A DNA stretch of 49,663 nucleotides from Rhodoferax sp. GTDB taxonomy: Bacteria > Pseudomonadota > Gammaproteobacteria > Burkholderiales > Burkholderiaceae_C. The first letter of the stretch is position 1. Each line of letters starts with the position of its first letter. Below the pieces are notes generated by a model. The model was not told where the DNA came from, ran no database searches, and saw only the letters and a program-made list of their open reading frames with translations. This document shows, one piece after another, positions 1-7,951 of the stretch. Location of the stretch: assembly GCA_049301075.1 (NCBI GenBank), contig JBAQKO010000064.1, forward strand, positions 1 through 49,663, given 5' to 3'. The position numbers and the translations under genes were made by a program.

Positions 1-40
1 GAAGATGACACGCCGCCCAGGGACCGATTGCCAGTCCTGA
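1..40 (+). CDS. 3' end of upstream gene, probably the LIV-type ABC substrate-binding protein (partial)
   Basis: Frame 2 reads KMTRRPGTDCQS-stop (TGA 38-40). It is followed by two strong hairpins and the ABC ATPase gene, the usual order in this operon type. Confidence 0.5.
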   Translation, partial: KMTRRPGTDCQS

Positions 41-61
41 TCGCTGACGTGTAAATAACCG

Positions 62-125
62 GGTGGCTCTTCGGAGCCACCAAACGACAGGGCGTCCGGC
101 ACGACGCTGACGCCCTGTCGTTTGG
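62..125 (+). other. Tandem intergenic stem-loops (mRNA-stabilising or attenuating elements)
   Basis: GGTGGCTC-TTCG-GAGCCACC (62-81, cUUCGg tetraloop), then a perfect 17-bp inverted repeat CCAAACGACAGGGCGTC (80-96) / GACGCCCTGTCGTTTGG (109-125). Confidence 0.75.
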
Positions 126-141
126 ACCACGAGAACCCACT

Positions 142-987
142 ATGGAACCATCCACCACTACCACCTCCATTGCGCCCGCAGCGGCGCGCAACATTGTTCT
201 CAACGTCAACGGCATTGAGGTCATCTACAACCACGTCATCCTGGTGCTCAAGGGGGTATCGCTGCAGGTGCCCGAGGGCGGCATTGTGGCCATCCTGGGG
301 GGCAACGGCGCGGGCAAGACCACCACGTTGCGGGCAATCTCCAACCTGCTGGCCGGTGAGCGCGGCGAGGTCACCAAGGGCTCCATTGAATTGCGGGGCG
401 AACGGATCGAGAACCTCTCGCCGGCGGACCTGGTGCGCCGCGGCGTGGTCCAGGTGATGGAGGGGCGACACTGTTTCGCCCACCTGACCATTGAGGAAAA
501 CCTGCTGACGGGCAGCTACACCCGCACGAGCCGGGCCGAGGTGGCGGCCAACCTGGAAAAGGTGTACGCCTACTTCCCGCGGCTCAAGACCCGGCGTGCC
601 AGCCAGGCAGCGTACACCTCCGGTGGTGAACAGCAGATGTGCGCCATTGGCCGCGCCCTGATGGCCAATCCCAGCATGGTGCTGCTGGACGAGCCCTCCA
701 TGGGCCTGGCGCCCCAGATTGTGGAAGAGGTGTTCGAGATCGTGAAAGACCTCAACGCCAAGGAGAAGGTCACCTTCCTGCTGGCCGAGCAGAACACCAA
801 CATGGCCCTGAAATATGCTGACTACGGTTACATCATGGAGTCCGGCCGGGTGGTGATGGACGGTGCCGCGGAAGATCTGCGCAGCAACGAAGACGTGAAA
901 GAGTTTTACCTTGGCGTGGGCGGCGGTGAACGCAAGAGCTTCAAGGATGTGAAGAGCTACAAGCGCCGCAAGCGCTGGCTGGCGTGA
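142..987 (+). CDS. livF: LIV-family (branched-chain amino acid type) ABC transporter ATP-binding protein
   Basis: Walker A GGNGAGKTT, signature SGGEQQM, Walker B LLDEPSMGLAP, AEQN switch. Confidence 0.92.
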   Translation: MEPSTTTTSIAPAAARNIVLNVNGIEVIYNHVILVLKGVSLQVPEGGIVAILGGNGAGKTTTLRAISNLLAGERGEVTKGSIELRGERIENLSPADLVRRGVVQVMEGRHCFAHLTIEENLLTGSYTRTSRAEVAANLEKVYAYFPRLKTRRASQAAYTSGGEQQMCAIGRALMANPSMVLLDEPSMGLAPQIVEEVFEIVKDLNAKEKVTFLLAEQNTNMALKYADYGYIMESGRVVMDGAAEDLRSNEDVKEFYLGVGGGERKSFKDVKSYKRRKRWLA

Positions 988-1001
988 AGGACGAATACCC
1001 G

Positions 1002-2279
1002 ATGTCTGCATCCTCTTTCTATGACGCACTGGAAGTGCGCCCCCCCGCGCAGCGCGAAGCGGCCCTGATGGCGGCCCTGGCCCCCCAGGTGGCCCATGCC
1101 AAGGCGTCCTCGCCTGCATTTGCCGACCTTCTGGGCGAGGTCAACCCGGCCGCAGTGATCGACCGCGCGGCGCTGGCGCGCTTGCCGGTGATCCGCAAAA
1201 CCGAGCTGCAGGAGCGCCAGCAGGCGGCCCGCAGCCGGGCAGCGGGCGCGGTGGCACCCGGCAACGTGTTCGGCGGCTTTAGCGCCATCGGTTTCGGTGC
1301 GGCCATGCCACGGGTGTTTGCCAGCCCGGGGCCCATCTACGAACCGGAAAGCACCACGCGCGACTACTGGCGCATGGCGCGGGCCATTTATGCCGCGGGC
1401 TTTCGCCCCGGCGAACTCATCCACAACTGCTTCAGCTACCACTTTGTGCCGGCCGGCTCCATGATGGAAACCGGCGCCCATGCCATGGGGTGCACGGTGT
1501 TTCCGGGCGGGACGGGGCAGACCGAGCAGCAGGTGCAGGCCATGCAGGACTTGCGGCCCGCCGGCTATATCGGGACGCCCAGCTTCCTCAAGATCATCAT
1601 CGACAAGGCCGCCGAAATGGGGGTGGCGCTGCCCACGGTCAAGCGGGCCATGTTCGGTGGCGAGGCGTTCCCGCCCAGTCTGCGGGACTGGTTTACCGAG
1701 CGCGGCATTACCGGTTACCAGTGCTATGCCACCGCCGACCTGGGGTTGATTGCCTACGAAACCCCGGCGCGCGAGGGCCTGGTGCTGGATGAGTCCGTGG
1801 TGGTGGAGATCGTGCGCCCGGGCACCGGTGACCCGGTGGCCGATGGCGAAGTGGGCGAACTGGTGGTCACCACCCTGAATCCGAGCTACCCGCTGATCCG
1901 TTTTGGCACCGGGGATCTGTCGGCGGTGCTGCCCGGCACCTGCCCGACGGGGCGCACCAACACCCGTATCAAGGGCTGGATGGGCCGGGCCGATCAGACC
2001 ACCAAGATCCGGGGCATGTTTGTCCACCCCAAGCAGGTGGCCGACGTTGCGAAACGCTTCCCCGAAATCACGCGTGCGCGTTTGGTGGTCAGCGGAGAGA
2101 TGGCCAACGACGTGATGACGCTGCAGGTGGAAACCGCGTCCGCCCCCGAGGGGCTGGCGGCACGGATTGGCGACGCGATCCGCGAGGTGACCAAGTTGCG
2201 TGGGCAGGTGGAAATCCGTCAACCTGGCAGCTTGCCCAATGACGGCAAGGTCATCGAGGACGCCCGCAGCTACAAGTAG
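1002..2279 (+). CDS. Phenylacetate-CoA ligase (PaaK)-like AMP-binding protein, atypical subfamily
   Basis: PaaK-like segments LARLPVIRK, YIGTPSFL, GEVGELVVTTL, YPLIRFGTGD, GRAD, KIRGMFVHP. ATG 1002 preferred; alternative GTG 984 overlaps the livF stop. Confidence 0.8.
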   Translation: MSASSFYDALEVRPPAQREAALMAALAPQVAHAKASSPAFADLLGEVNPAAVIDRAALARLPVIRKTELQERQQAARSRAAGAVAPGNVFGGFSAIGFGAAMPRVFASPGPIYEPESTTRDYWRMARAIYAAGFRPGELIHNCFSYHFVPAGSMMETGAHAMGCTVFPGGTGQTEQQVQAMQDLRPAGYIGTPSFLKIIIDKAAEMGVALPTVKRAMFGGEAFPPSLRDWFTERGITGYQCYATADLGLIAYETPAREGLVLDESVVVEIVRPGTGDPVADGEVGELVVTTLNPSYPLIRFGTGDLSAVLPGTCPTGRTNTRIKGWMGRADQTTKIRGMFVHPKQVADVAKRFPEITRARLVVSGEMANDVMTLQVETASAPEGLAARIGDAIREVTKLRGQVEIRQPGSLPNDGKVIEDARSYK

Positions 2280-2297
2280 CTAACCGGGCGGGGGGCT

Positions 2298-2630
2298 TCA
2301 CACACCCCAGACGATTTCCTTGTCGGCCCGGTGGCAGCGCTGCAGCATCTCGATGAAGGGTGCCGCGCGCTGGCGCAGTGAAATGGCCTCCGGCTGGGGC
2401 GGGGCCTCGCCGGTTTCCTGGGCTTCCTGGATCCGCTGTTGCCGCAGGGCTTCGTCGTGCGCCACGGCCGCCTCCAGCGCCCCAATGGCCGCGGGCATGT
2501 CCTGCGGCAGCAAGATACCCTGCCCTTGGGGGGGCTCACTGGCCTTGCCAATGATTTTCAGCATCTGGCGTCCGTTGGGTTCCAGCATGATGAGGTCGCT
2601 GGTGACCTTGGATTTGAATTTGTACAGCAT
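2298..2630 (-). CDS. DUF1840 family protein
   Basis: N-terminus MLYKFKSKVTSDLIML and C-terminus ISLRQRAAPFIEMLQRCHRADKEIVWGV are characteristic; start moved to ATG 2630. Confidence 0.8.
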   Translation of the reverse strand: MLYKFKSKVTSDLIMLEPNGRQMLKIIGKASEPPQGQGILLPQDMPAAIGALEAAVAHDEALRQQRIQEAQETGEAPPQPEAISLRQRAAPFIEMLQRCHRADKEIVWGV

Positions 2631-2724
2631 GGTGGTGTGCCGGGGAACGGCGGGCGCAGAGGTTTTATGATGCGGCTGAGTATGAACCAAACCACCTGAA
2701 TTTTCAGGCAGCAGGAGCACCCCG

Positions 2725-3051
2725 TTGGCCAATCTACACATTCGACGCGAACATTCCCTGGGCTTGGCGGAGGCACGCAAGATTGCGTTTACCTGGGCCG
2801 AGCACGTAGAGAGCGAATTCGGCATGGCCTGCGTCTACAAGGAGGGCGGCGCCGCGGACGAGGTGGTTTTTACCCGCTCCGGCGTGAATGGCACCCTGCA
2901 CGTCACCGCCGATCACTTTGATCTGGATGCCAAGCTGGGCTTTCTGCTGGGGGCGTTCAAGGACCGCATCGAGGCGGAGATCGTCAAGAACCTGGACGAC
3001 TTGCTGGCCCCCAAGGCGGCTGGAAAAAAGGGCTCTGCCAAAAAACAATAG
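2725..3051 (+). CDS. Polyhydroxyalkanoic acid system protein (PHA_gran_rgn family)
   Basis: IRREHSLGLAEARK...FTRSGVNGTLHV...AKLGFLLGAFKDRIEAEI pattern; TTG start preceded by AGGAG. Confidence 0.85.
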   Translation: MANLHIRREHSLGLAEARKIAFTWAEHVESEFGMACVYKEGGAADEVVFTRSGVNGTLHVTADHFDLDAKLGFLLGAFKDRIEAEIVKNLDDLLAPKAAGKKGSAKKQ

Positions 3052-3073
3052 CACCCGCAGGTGCTATTGTTTT
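3042..3073. terminator. Bidirectional intrinsic terminator between convergent genes
   Basis: AAAACAATAGCACC-CGCA-GGTGCTATTGTTTT: perfect 14-bp stem with T-runs on both strands; the minus-strand loop is cUGCGg. Confidence 0.75.
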
Positions 3074-3114
3074 GCTAGCAGCTTGCGCAGGTTGCGTATG
3101 GGCTATCTGCCCAT

Positions 3115-3369
3115 TTAGCTCAGGGATTCGATGAGGTCGATGTACTGCTGCATCGCCGCTTCGCTGCTGGTGCCCTGAAAGCCGTTCCAGGCGTCCCACT
3201 TGGCGCGTCCCACCATATCGGCGAAACCGGGTTTCTTTTCCGTGTTGTCGCCGGCGCTGGCCTGCTTGTACAGCCCGTAAATCTTGAGCAGCGTGCCATT
3301 GTCGGGGCGCTCGGTCAGGTTTTTCGAGTTGGCAACGGCGGCTTCGAATTTCGCTTTCAGGTCGGTCAT
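3115..3369 (-). CDS. Acyl-CoA-binding protein (ACBP)
   Basis: ACBP motifs LLKIYGLYKQASAGD, GRAKWDAW, AMQQYIDLI; ATG 3369 preceded by GGAG. Confidence 0.93.
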   Translation of the reverse strand: MTDLKAKFEAAVANSKNLTERPDNGTLLKIYGLYKQASAGDNTEKKPGFADMVGRAKWDAWNGFQGTSSEAAMQQYIDLIESLS

Positions 3370-3542
3370 GGGGTTCTCCGTGAGGGGGGGCAAACTCGGA
3401 CCCAAGGCGGATATCCCGCGCGCTTGGGTGTTTACCATGTATCTTAAGCTGCGTTTTACCTGCAGAATAGGTTGAACAACCCAGGGCGGGGCATTCCCCG
3501 GCAGCGGGTGTGTATCTTTTTCGTCTTTGTTTTGGAGCCCAG

Positions 3543-5138
3543 ATGGTTACCCGAGTCATTGTGAAGAAAGCCGCCAAAACAGCCAGAAAACGGGTCGCCG
3601 CACGGGTGGCTCCCCTGGCCCCCAAAGCCCGCAAGGCCGCCCAGGTCACCCGCAGCGCCACCCAGACGCTGCAGAAGAACGTGGCCGATGTGCTGGTCGG
3701 AACGCTGGGCTTGCATGGGGAACGCATGAGCAAGGTCGATACGGCCTGGCTGCGCATGGACACCCCCTCCAACCTGATGATGATCGTGGGTGTGTGGGTG
3801 ATCCAGCCCGGCATCAGCTATGAAGCGCTGAGCCAGCGGGTGCAGGAGCGGCTGCTCAAGTACCCGCGCTTTGTGCAGTTCGCAGAAGAAGACGCCGCCG
3901 GGGCGACCTGGGTCAAAGACCCGACCTTCAACATCGCCAACCACCTGGTGGTGGAGAAGCTGGCCCCCAAGCCGGCTGGACAGGAGCAGGAAGCCCTGCA
4001 GGAGCGTCTGGCGGAACTCACCATGCGGCCGCTGGACAAGCGGCGCCCGCTCTGGCAATTCCACCTGGTGGAGGACTACAAGGGCGGCTCGGCCCTGATG
4101 GTGCGCATTCACCACTGCATTGCCGATGGCATCGCCCTGATTTCAGTTACGCAGTCGCTGGTTGACGGCGGTGCGCAGCCTCCAGTGCGCGCCCCCCGGG
4201 AGGCCGTGGGTGGCGCCGAGGACTGGGTGGCGGACGCTTTGCTCAAACCCTTTACCAACATGACGGTCAAGGCCCTGTCCGCCGCCGGAGAGGGTGCAGT
4301 GCAGTCCCTAGGGCTGTTGATGGAGCCGCAAAAAGGCGTGGAAAAGGGCATGCACGGCTCAGTCGACGTGGCCAAGCTGGCCTACCAGGCCGTCAGTGAC
4401 CTGGCGGCGCTGGCGCTCATGGCGGATGACTCGCCGACCCGGCTCAAGGGTACGCCGGGCCAGGCCAAGCGGGTGGCGTGGTGCCCACCGATTCCGTTGG
4501 ACGAGGTCAAGGCGGTGGGCAAAGCGCTGAACTGCTCCATCAATGATGTGCTGCTGAGTTGCGTGGCCGGCGCCATCGGTGGCTACCTGCGGGCGCACGG
4601 CGAGGACGTCACGGGCAAGGAGGTGCGTGCCATGGTGCCGGTGAACCTGCGGTCACTGGACCAGGCGTATATGCTGGGCAACCAGTTCGGGCTGGCGCCC
4701 CTGGTGCTGCCGATCGGGCTGGACAACCCGGTGGAGCGGCTGTACGAAGTGCGCCGGCGCATGCTGGCGCTCAAGGGCAGCATGCAACCCCTGCTGGCTT
4801 TCGGGCTGGTGGCAGTTGCCGGGTTGCTGGTGAAGCCGTTGCAGGATGCCATGCTCGGCTTGTTCTCCCGCAAAACCACGGCGGTCATGACCAACGTGCC
4901 GGGGCCCCGCGAGAAATTGAAGATTTGCGGCTCCACCATAGAGGAAAACCTGTTCTGGGTGCCGCAAAGCGGAACCGTGGGACTGGGTGTTTCCATTCTG
5001 AGCTACGGGGGGGGTGTGCAGTTTGGCCTGGTATCAGACTCCACGCTGTGTCCGGACCCGGAGAACATCATCAACCGATTTGAGCCGGAGTTTGCCAAGC
5101 TGTCGGTGGTGACTTTGATGTTGCCCTGGGGCGAATAG
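3543..5138 (+). CDS. Wax ester synthase / acyl-CoA:diacylglycerol acyltransferase (WS/DGAT)
   Basis: Catalytic HHCIADG (HHxxxDG), PLDKRRPLW, SINDVLL, VPVNLR, TNVPGP. ATG 3543 follows GGAG; alternative start 3726. Confidence 0.93.
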   Translation: MVTRVIVKKAAKTARKRVAARVAPLAPKARKAAQVTRSATQTLQKNVADVLVGTLGLHGERMSKVDTAWLRMDTPSNLMMIVGVWVIQPGISYEALSQRVQERLLKYPRFVQFAEEDAAGATWVKDPTFNIANHLVVEKLAPKPAGQEQEALQERLAELTMRPLDKRRPLWQFHLVEDYKGGSALMVRIHHCIADGIALISVTQSLVDGGAQPPVRAPREAVGGAEDWVADALLKPFTNMTVKALSAAGEGAVQSLGLLMEPQKGVEKGMHGSVDVAKLAYQAVSDLAALALMADDSPTRLKGTPGQAKRVAWCPPIPLDEVKAVGKALNCSINDVLLSCVAGAIGGYLRAHGEDVTGKEVRAMVPVNLRSLDQAYMLGNQFGLAPLVLPIGLDNPVERLYEVRRRMLALKGSMQPLLAFGLVAVAGLLVKPLQDAMLGLFSRKTTAVMTNVPGPREKLKICGSTIEENLFWVPQSGTVGLGVSILSYGGGVQFGLVSDSTLCPDPENIINRFEPEFAKLSVVTLMLPWGE

Positions 5139-5141
5139 CGC

Positions 5142-5166
5142 CCGGCTGGCCCGCAGGGCCACCCGG
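5142..5166. terminator. GC-rich hairpin between convergent genes
   Basis: CCGGCTGGCCC-GCA-GGGCCACCCGG (one mismatch); no clear U-tract. Confidence 0.35.
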
Positions 5167-5174
5167 CTGCGGTA

Positions 5175-5948
5175 TCAGGCGGCCAGCTCGGTCCGGGCCA
5201 TCATCACATCCAGCCGCTGCGTGGCGTCGAGTGCCGGCAGGGCGGCGGCACGTTCGTACCAACGGGTGGCCTCTGCCATGCGGGGTTCGCCTTCCAGCAT
5301 GGCCAGGGCATTGGCGTATTCGACCATGGCAATGGCTGATCCGGGATTGAGGTCAAGCGCCTGCTCGAAGCAGTGCAGGCTGGTCTCCTTCTTGGCGCCG
5401 TAGGTCATGTGGGCAATCAGGGTCCCTACCTTGTCGATGACTTCGGCGTGGAAGGCCCCCAGGGCGACGTGGGCGTCGGCGTGCCGGGGCTGCAGGTGCA
5501 AGACCGTTTCCAGCGCGGATTTGACGCGGGCGCCGAGTCCTTGCGCCAAGGCCTTGGCCACGCTGATGCACTGGCTGTAGCGGCCCAGGGCATAGGCCTG
5601 CCAGTAAAACGCATTGGCATTGCCTGGCTCCGCCGCCGCCTGCTCCGCGGCCCGCTGGGCCACCTGCAAGAAAAGATCGAGCCGGGTTTGCTCCCGGGGC
5701 TCCAGGTAGTTGGCGTACATGCAGGTCGCCTTGTTGGCCACGGTGATGCCCGCGGGGCCTGCCTGCAACGCCGTTTCCACGGCTTGCTGGAACGCACCCT
5801 GGTGGAACAGGGCCCAGGCGGACAGGACTCTGGAATCCCGGGGCAAGGGTTCCAGGTCACCGGCATGCAGGCGACCCCAGTGGGTGGTTACTCTGGCGGC
5901 GTCAAACGGGTAGTCGCCGGTGTGGGCGAAGGTGTTCCATGGCGCCAT
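5175..5948 (-). CDS. TPR-like helical-repeat protein of unknown function (RMDN-like pattern)
   Basis: Repeated TPR-like helices (YWQAYALGRY, ALETVLHLQP, FEQALDLNP, WYERAAALP); GGAG upstream; codon usage like flanking genes. Confidence 0.75.
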   Translation of the reverse strand: MAPWNTFAHTGDYPFDAARVTTHWGRLHAGDLEPLPRDSRVLSAWALFHQGAFQQAVETALQAGPAGITVANKATCMYANYLEPREQTRLDLFLQVAQRAAEQAAAEPGNANAFYWQAYALGRYSQCISVAKALAQGLGARVKSALETVLHLQPRHADAHVALGAFHAEVIDKVGTLIAHMTYGAKKETSLHCFEQALDLNPGSAIAMVEYANALAMLEGEPRMAEATRWYERAAALPALDATQRLDVMMARTELAA

Positions 5949-6022
5949 GGCTGCGGTCTCCTCTGTGTGCGTCGGTGGTTGCCTGCCGTGCCGTGGGGCG
6001 CGGTGGCAACTTCATATTTTTT

Positions 6023-6688
6023 TTACGGTATCACAGGTGTCTTGTACGCACCTGACAACTGCAACAAATGGGTGCGTTGCGCGCTCTCCAAGTAGGGCAC
6101 CAGCAGGTTCAGCACGTGGTGCGCACCCCGCATCAGGGCCGCCTGCGCGCTGGCAGGCTCCAGCGCGTTGCGCGGGTCTTTCACGTATTCAAAGCTCAGC
6201 CAGTAGGTCAGCACAACCACCATGCTGGTGGCGGTTGCCTCCACTTCACGGGAGTCGATGTGGATGGCCCCCGAGCGGCTCATGCCGTCCAGTAGCGCCT
6301 TGACCGAGCGGGTCTTATTCTTGAGCACCCACTGGAAGTGGGTCTCCAGCCGGCGGTTCTTGCTCAGCAGGTCATTGAGGTCACGGTAGAGGAAGCGGTA
6401 CTGCCAGATCAGCTCAAACAGGGTGTGCATGAAAAACCAGGCATCTTCCACGTCGCGCACACCATCGCTGGCATTGAGCAGCTCGTTGAGTGCGGCCTCA
6501 TAGCGGTCAAACAGCGAGTTGATCAGCTCATCCTTGGCCGGGTAGTGGTAGTACAGGTTGCCCGGGCTGATGCCGAGTTCGGCAGAAATCAGTGTGGTCG
6601 AAACGTTGGGCTCGCCAAACCGGTTGAACAGTTCCAGCGTGACTTCCAGAATGCGCTCTGCCGTGCGGCGGGGTGCTTTTTTGACCAT
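6023..6688 (-). CDS. TetR/AcrR family regulator, similar to Pseudomonas PhaD
   Basis: HTH RILEVTLELFNRFGEPNVSTTLISAELGISPGNLYYHY and downstream QYRFLYRDLNDL match the PhaD pattern as recalled. Confidence 0.88.
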   Translation of the reverse strand: MVKKAPRRTAERILEVTLELFNRFGEPNVSTTLISAELGISPGNLYYHYPAKDELINSLFDRYEAALNELLNASDGVRDVEDAWFFMHTLFELIWQYRFLYRDLNDLLSKNRRLETHFQWVLKNKTRSVKALLDGMSRSGAIHIDSREVEATATSMVVVLTYWLSFEYVKDPRNALEPASAQAALMRGAHHVLNLLVPYLESAQRTHLLQLSGAYKTPVIP

Positions 6689-6695
6689 GGTCTGC

Positions 6696-7943
6696 TTAGT
6701 GGGGCTGCGCGTGGGTGGCGGTCTTTACGGCGTCGCCCAGGTCATCCATCACCTCCTGCAGGCGTGAGATGGCCTGCCCGATCCGGGTGGGCGGCTTGGC
6801 GGGGGCGGAAAGATGGCGTTTGGGGTCGTCCAGCACGTCGTGGTTCAGACTGATGCCGTGGCGCGCCAGCTTGGCCGACAGCCCGGTCTTGCGTGAGCGC
6901 AGCATCTGGCGTGTTTGCTGGTAGGCGTGTTCCGCCAGGTGGCGGCGTTGGGCATAGCTGAAGGTATTGGCCAGGTACAACTCAGGGTCGCGATGGTCCG
7001 GCTCAATCAGGATGATGTCCGTGTCGGGGTAGCCGTGGTGGTAATGCTTCATGCCGAGCTCCATGCGGGAGTGGATCATGGAGCGAAAGGTCTGGCTGAG
7101 CACGGCGGGCAGTCCGCCATCGACAATGCGCGGAATTTCGCGCCGGTTCGCCGGCAGCCCCCGTTGCATGACCTTGGCCACCTGCGGGGACGTGGCATCA
7201 AACGGGACCAGGGGATTGAGGCAAATCATCAAATCCACGCCGTCTTCCAGGGCCACGGAGGCGTGCATGGTTTTTTTCAGGGCCCCGTCCACGTAATACT
7301 GATCATCAATCTCCACCGGCGGGAATAGGCCCGGCAAGGCGGAACTGGCTTGTACTGCCTGTGAGATGGGGACATGGTCCCAGCCTGGGCGGCCAAAGGG
7401 GGCGGCTTCGCCGCTGTCCAGGTTGGTCGCAACCAGGGTGAGGTGCGTCTTGAGTTTGCGAAAGTCGTTGGTCCGCCCCTCGCGGCTGAACAACCGTGCC
7501 AGTTGGGTGTCGACTTGCTGGTTGGAAAAGACCCCGGTGGGCAGGCCGGGACTCAGGTGTTCCAGCGCGCTCATCAACGACTTCCGGCCGGTTGCCAGGT
7601 GCCACAAAGCGGAAACGACCAGACCGGGCAGCATGATGCCGCGCCGGGCAAATTCGCTGTAGGCGGGCTCCATCAGCCAAGAGGGGTCGAAGGTTTCCGA
7701 GGGCTCACTGTCGTTTTCAATAAAGGACGCGCACAGTTCCCGTGGCGACATGCCATTGGCCAGCGCAGCGGCAATGAACCCCCCGGCAGACACGCCGACG
7801 TAATGGTGCAGTTTGGTGAAGTCCAAGCCGTTCAAGGACTCTTCCAGCGCGCACATGGCGCCGACTTCGTAAATCGCGCCCAAGGGGCCACCGCCCGCGA
7901 GCGCCAGGGCGATTTTGGGAGGGGTTTCTGTGGAGGCCTTCAT
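6696..7943 (-). CDS. Patatin-like phospholipase/esterase
   Basis: Oxyanion loop LAGGGPLG, nucleophile GVSAG (GxSxG), ASSALPG, catalytic YVDGA; start moved to ATG 7943. Confidence 0.9.
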   Translation of the reverse strand: MKASTETPPKIALALAGGGPLGAIYEVGAMCALEESLNGLDFTKLHHYVGVSAGGFIAAALANGMSPRELCASFIENDSEPSETFDPSWLMEPAYSEFARRGIMLPGLVVSALWHLATGRKSLMSALEHLSPGLPTGVFSNQQVDTQLARLFSREGRTNDFRKLKTHLTLVATNLDSGEAAPFGRPGWDHVPISQAVQASSALPGLFPPVEIDDQYYVDGALKKTMHASVALEDGVDLMICLNPLVPFDATSPQVAKVMQRGLPANRREIPRIVDGGLPAVLSQTFRSMIHSRMELGMKHYHHGYPDTDIILIEPDHRDPELYLANTFSYAQRRHLAEHAYQQTRQMLRSRKTGLSAKLARHGISLNHDVLDDPKRHLSAPAKPPTRIGQAISRLQEVMDDLGDAVKTATHAQPH

Positions 7944-7951
7944 AGATGCAA

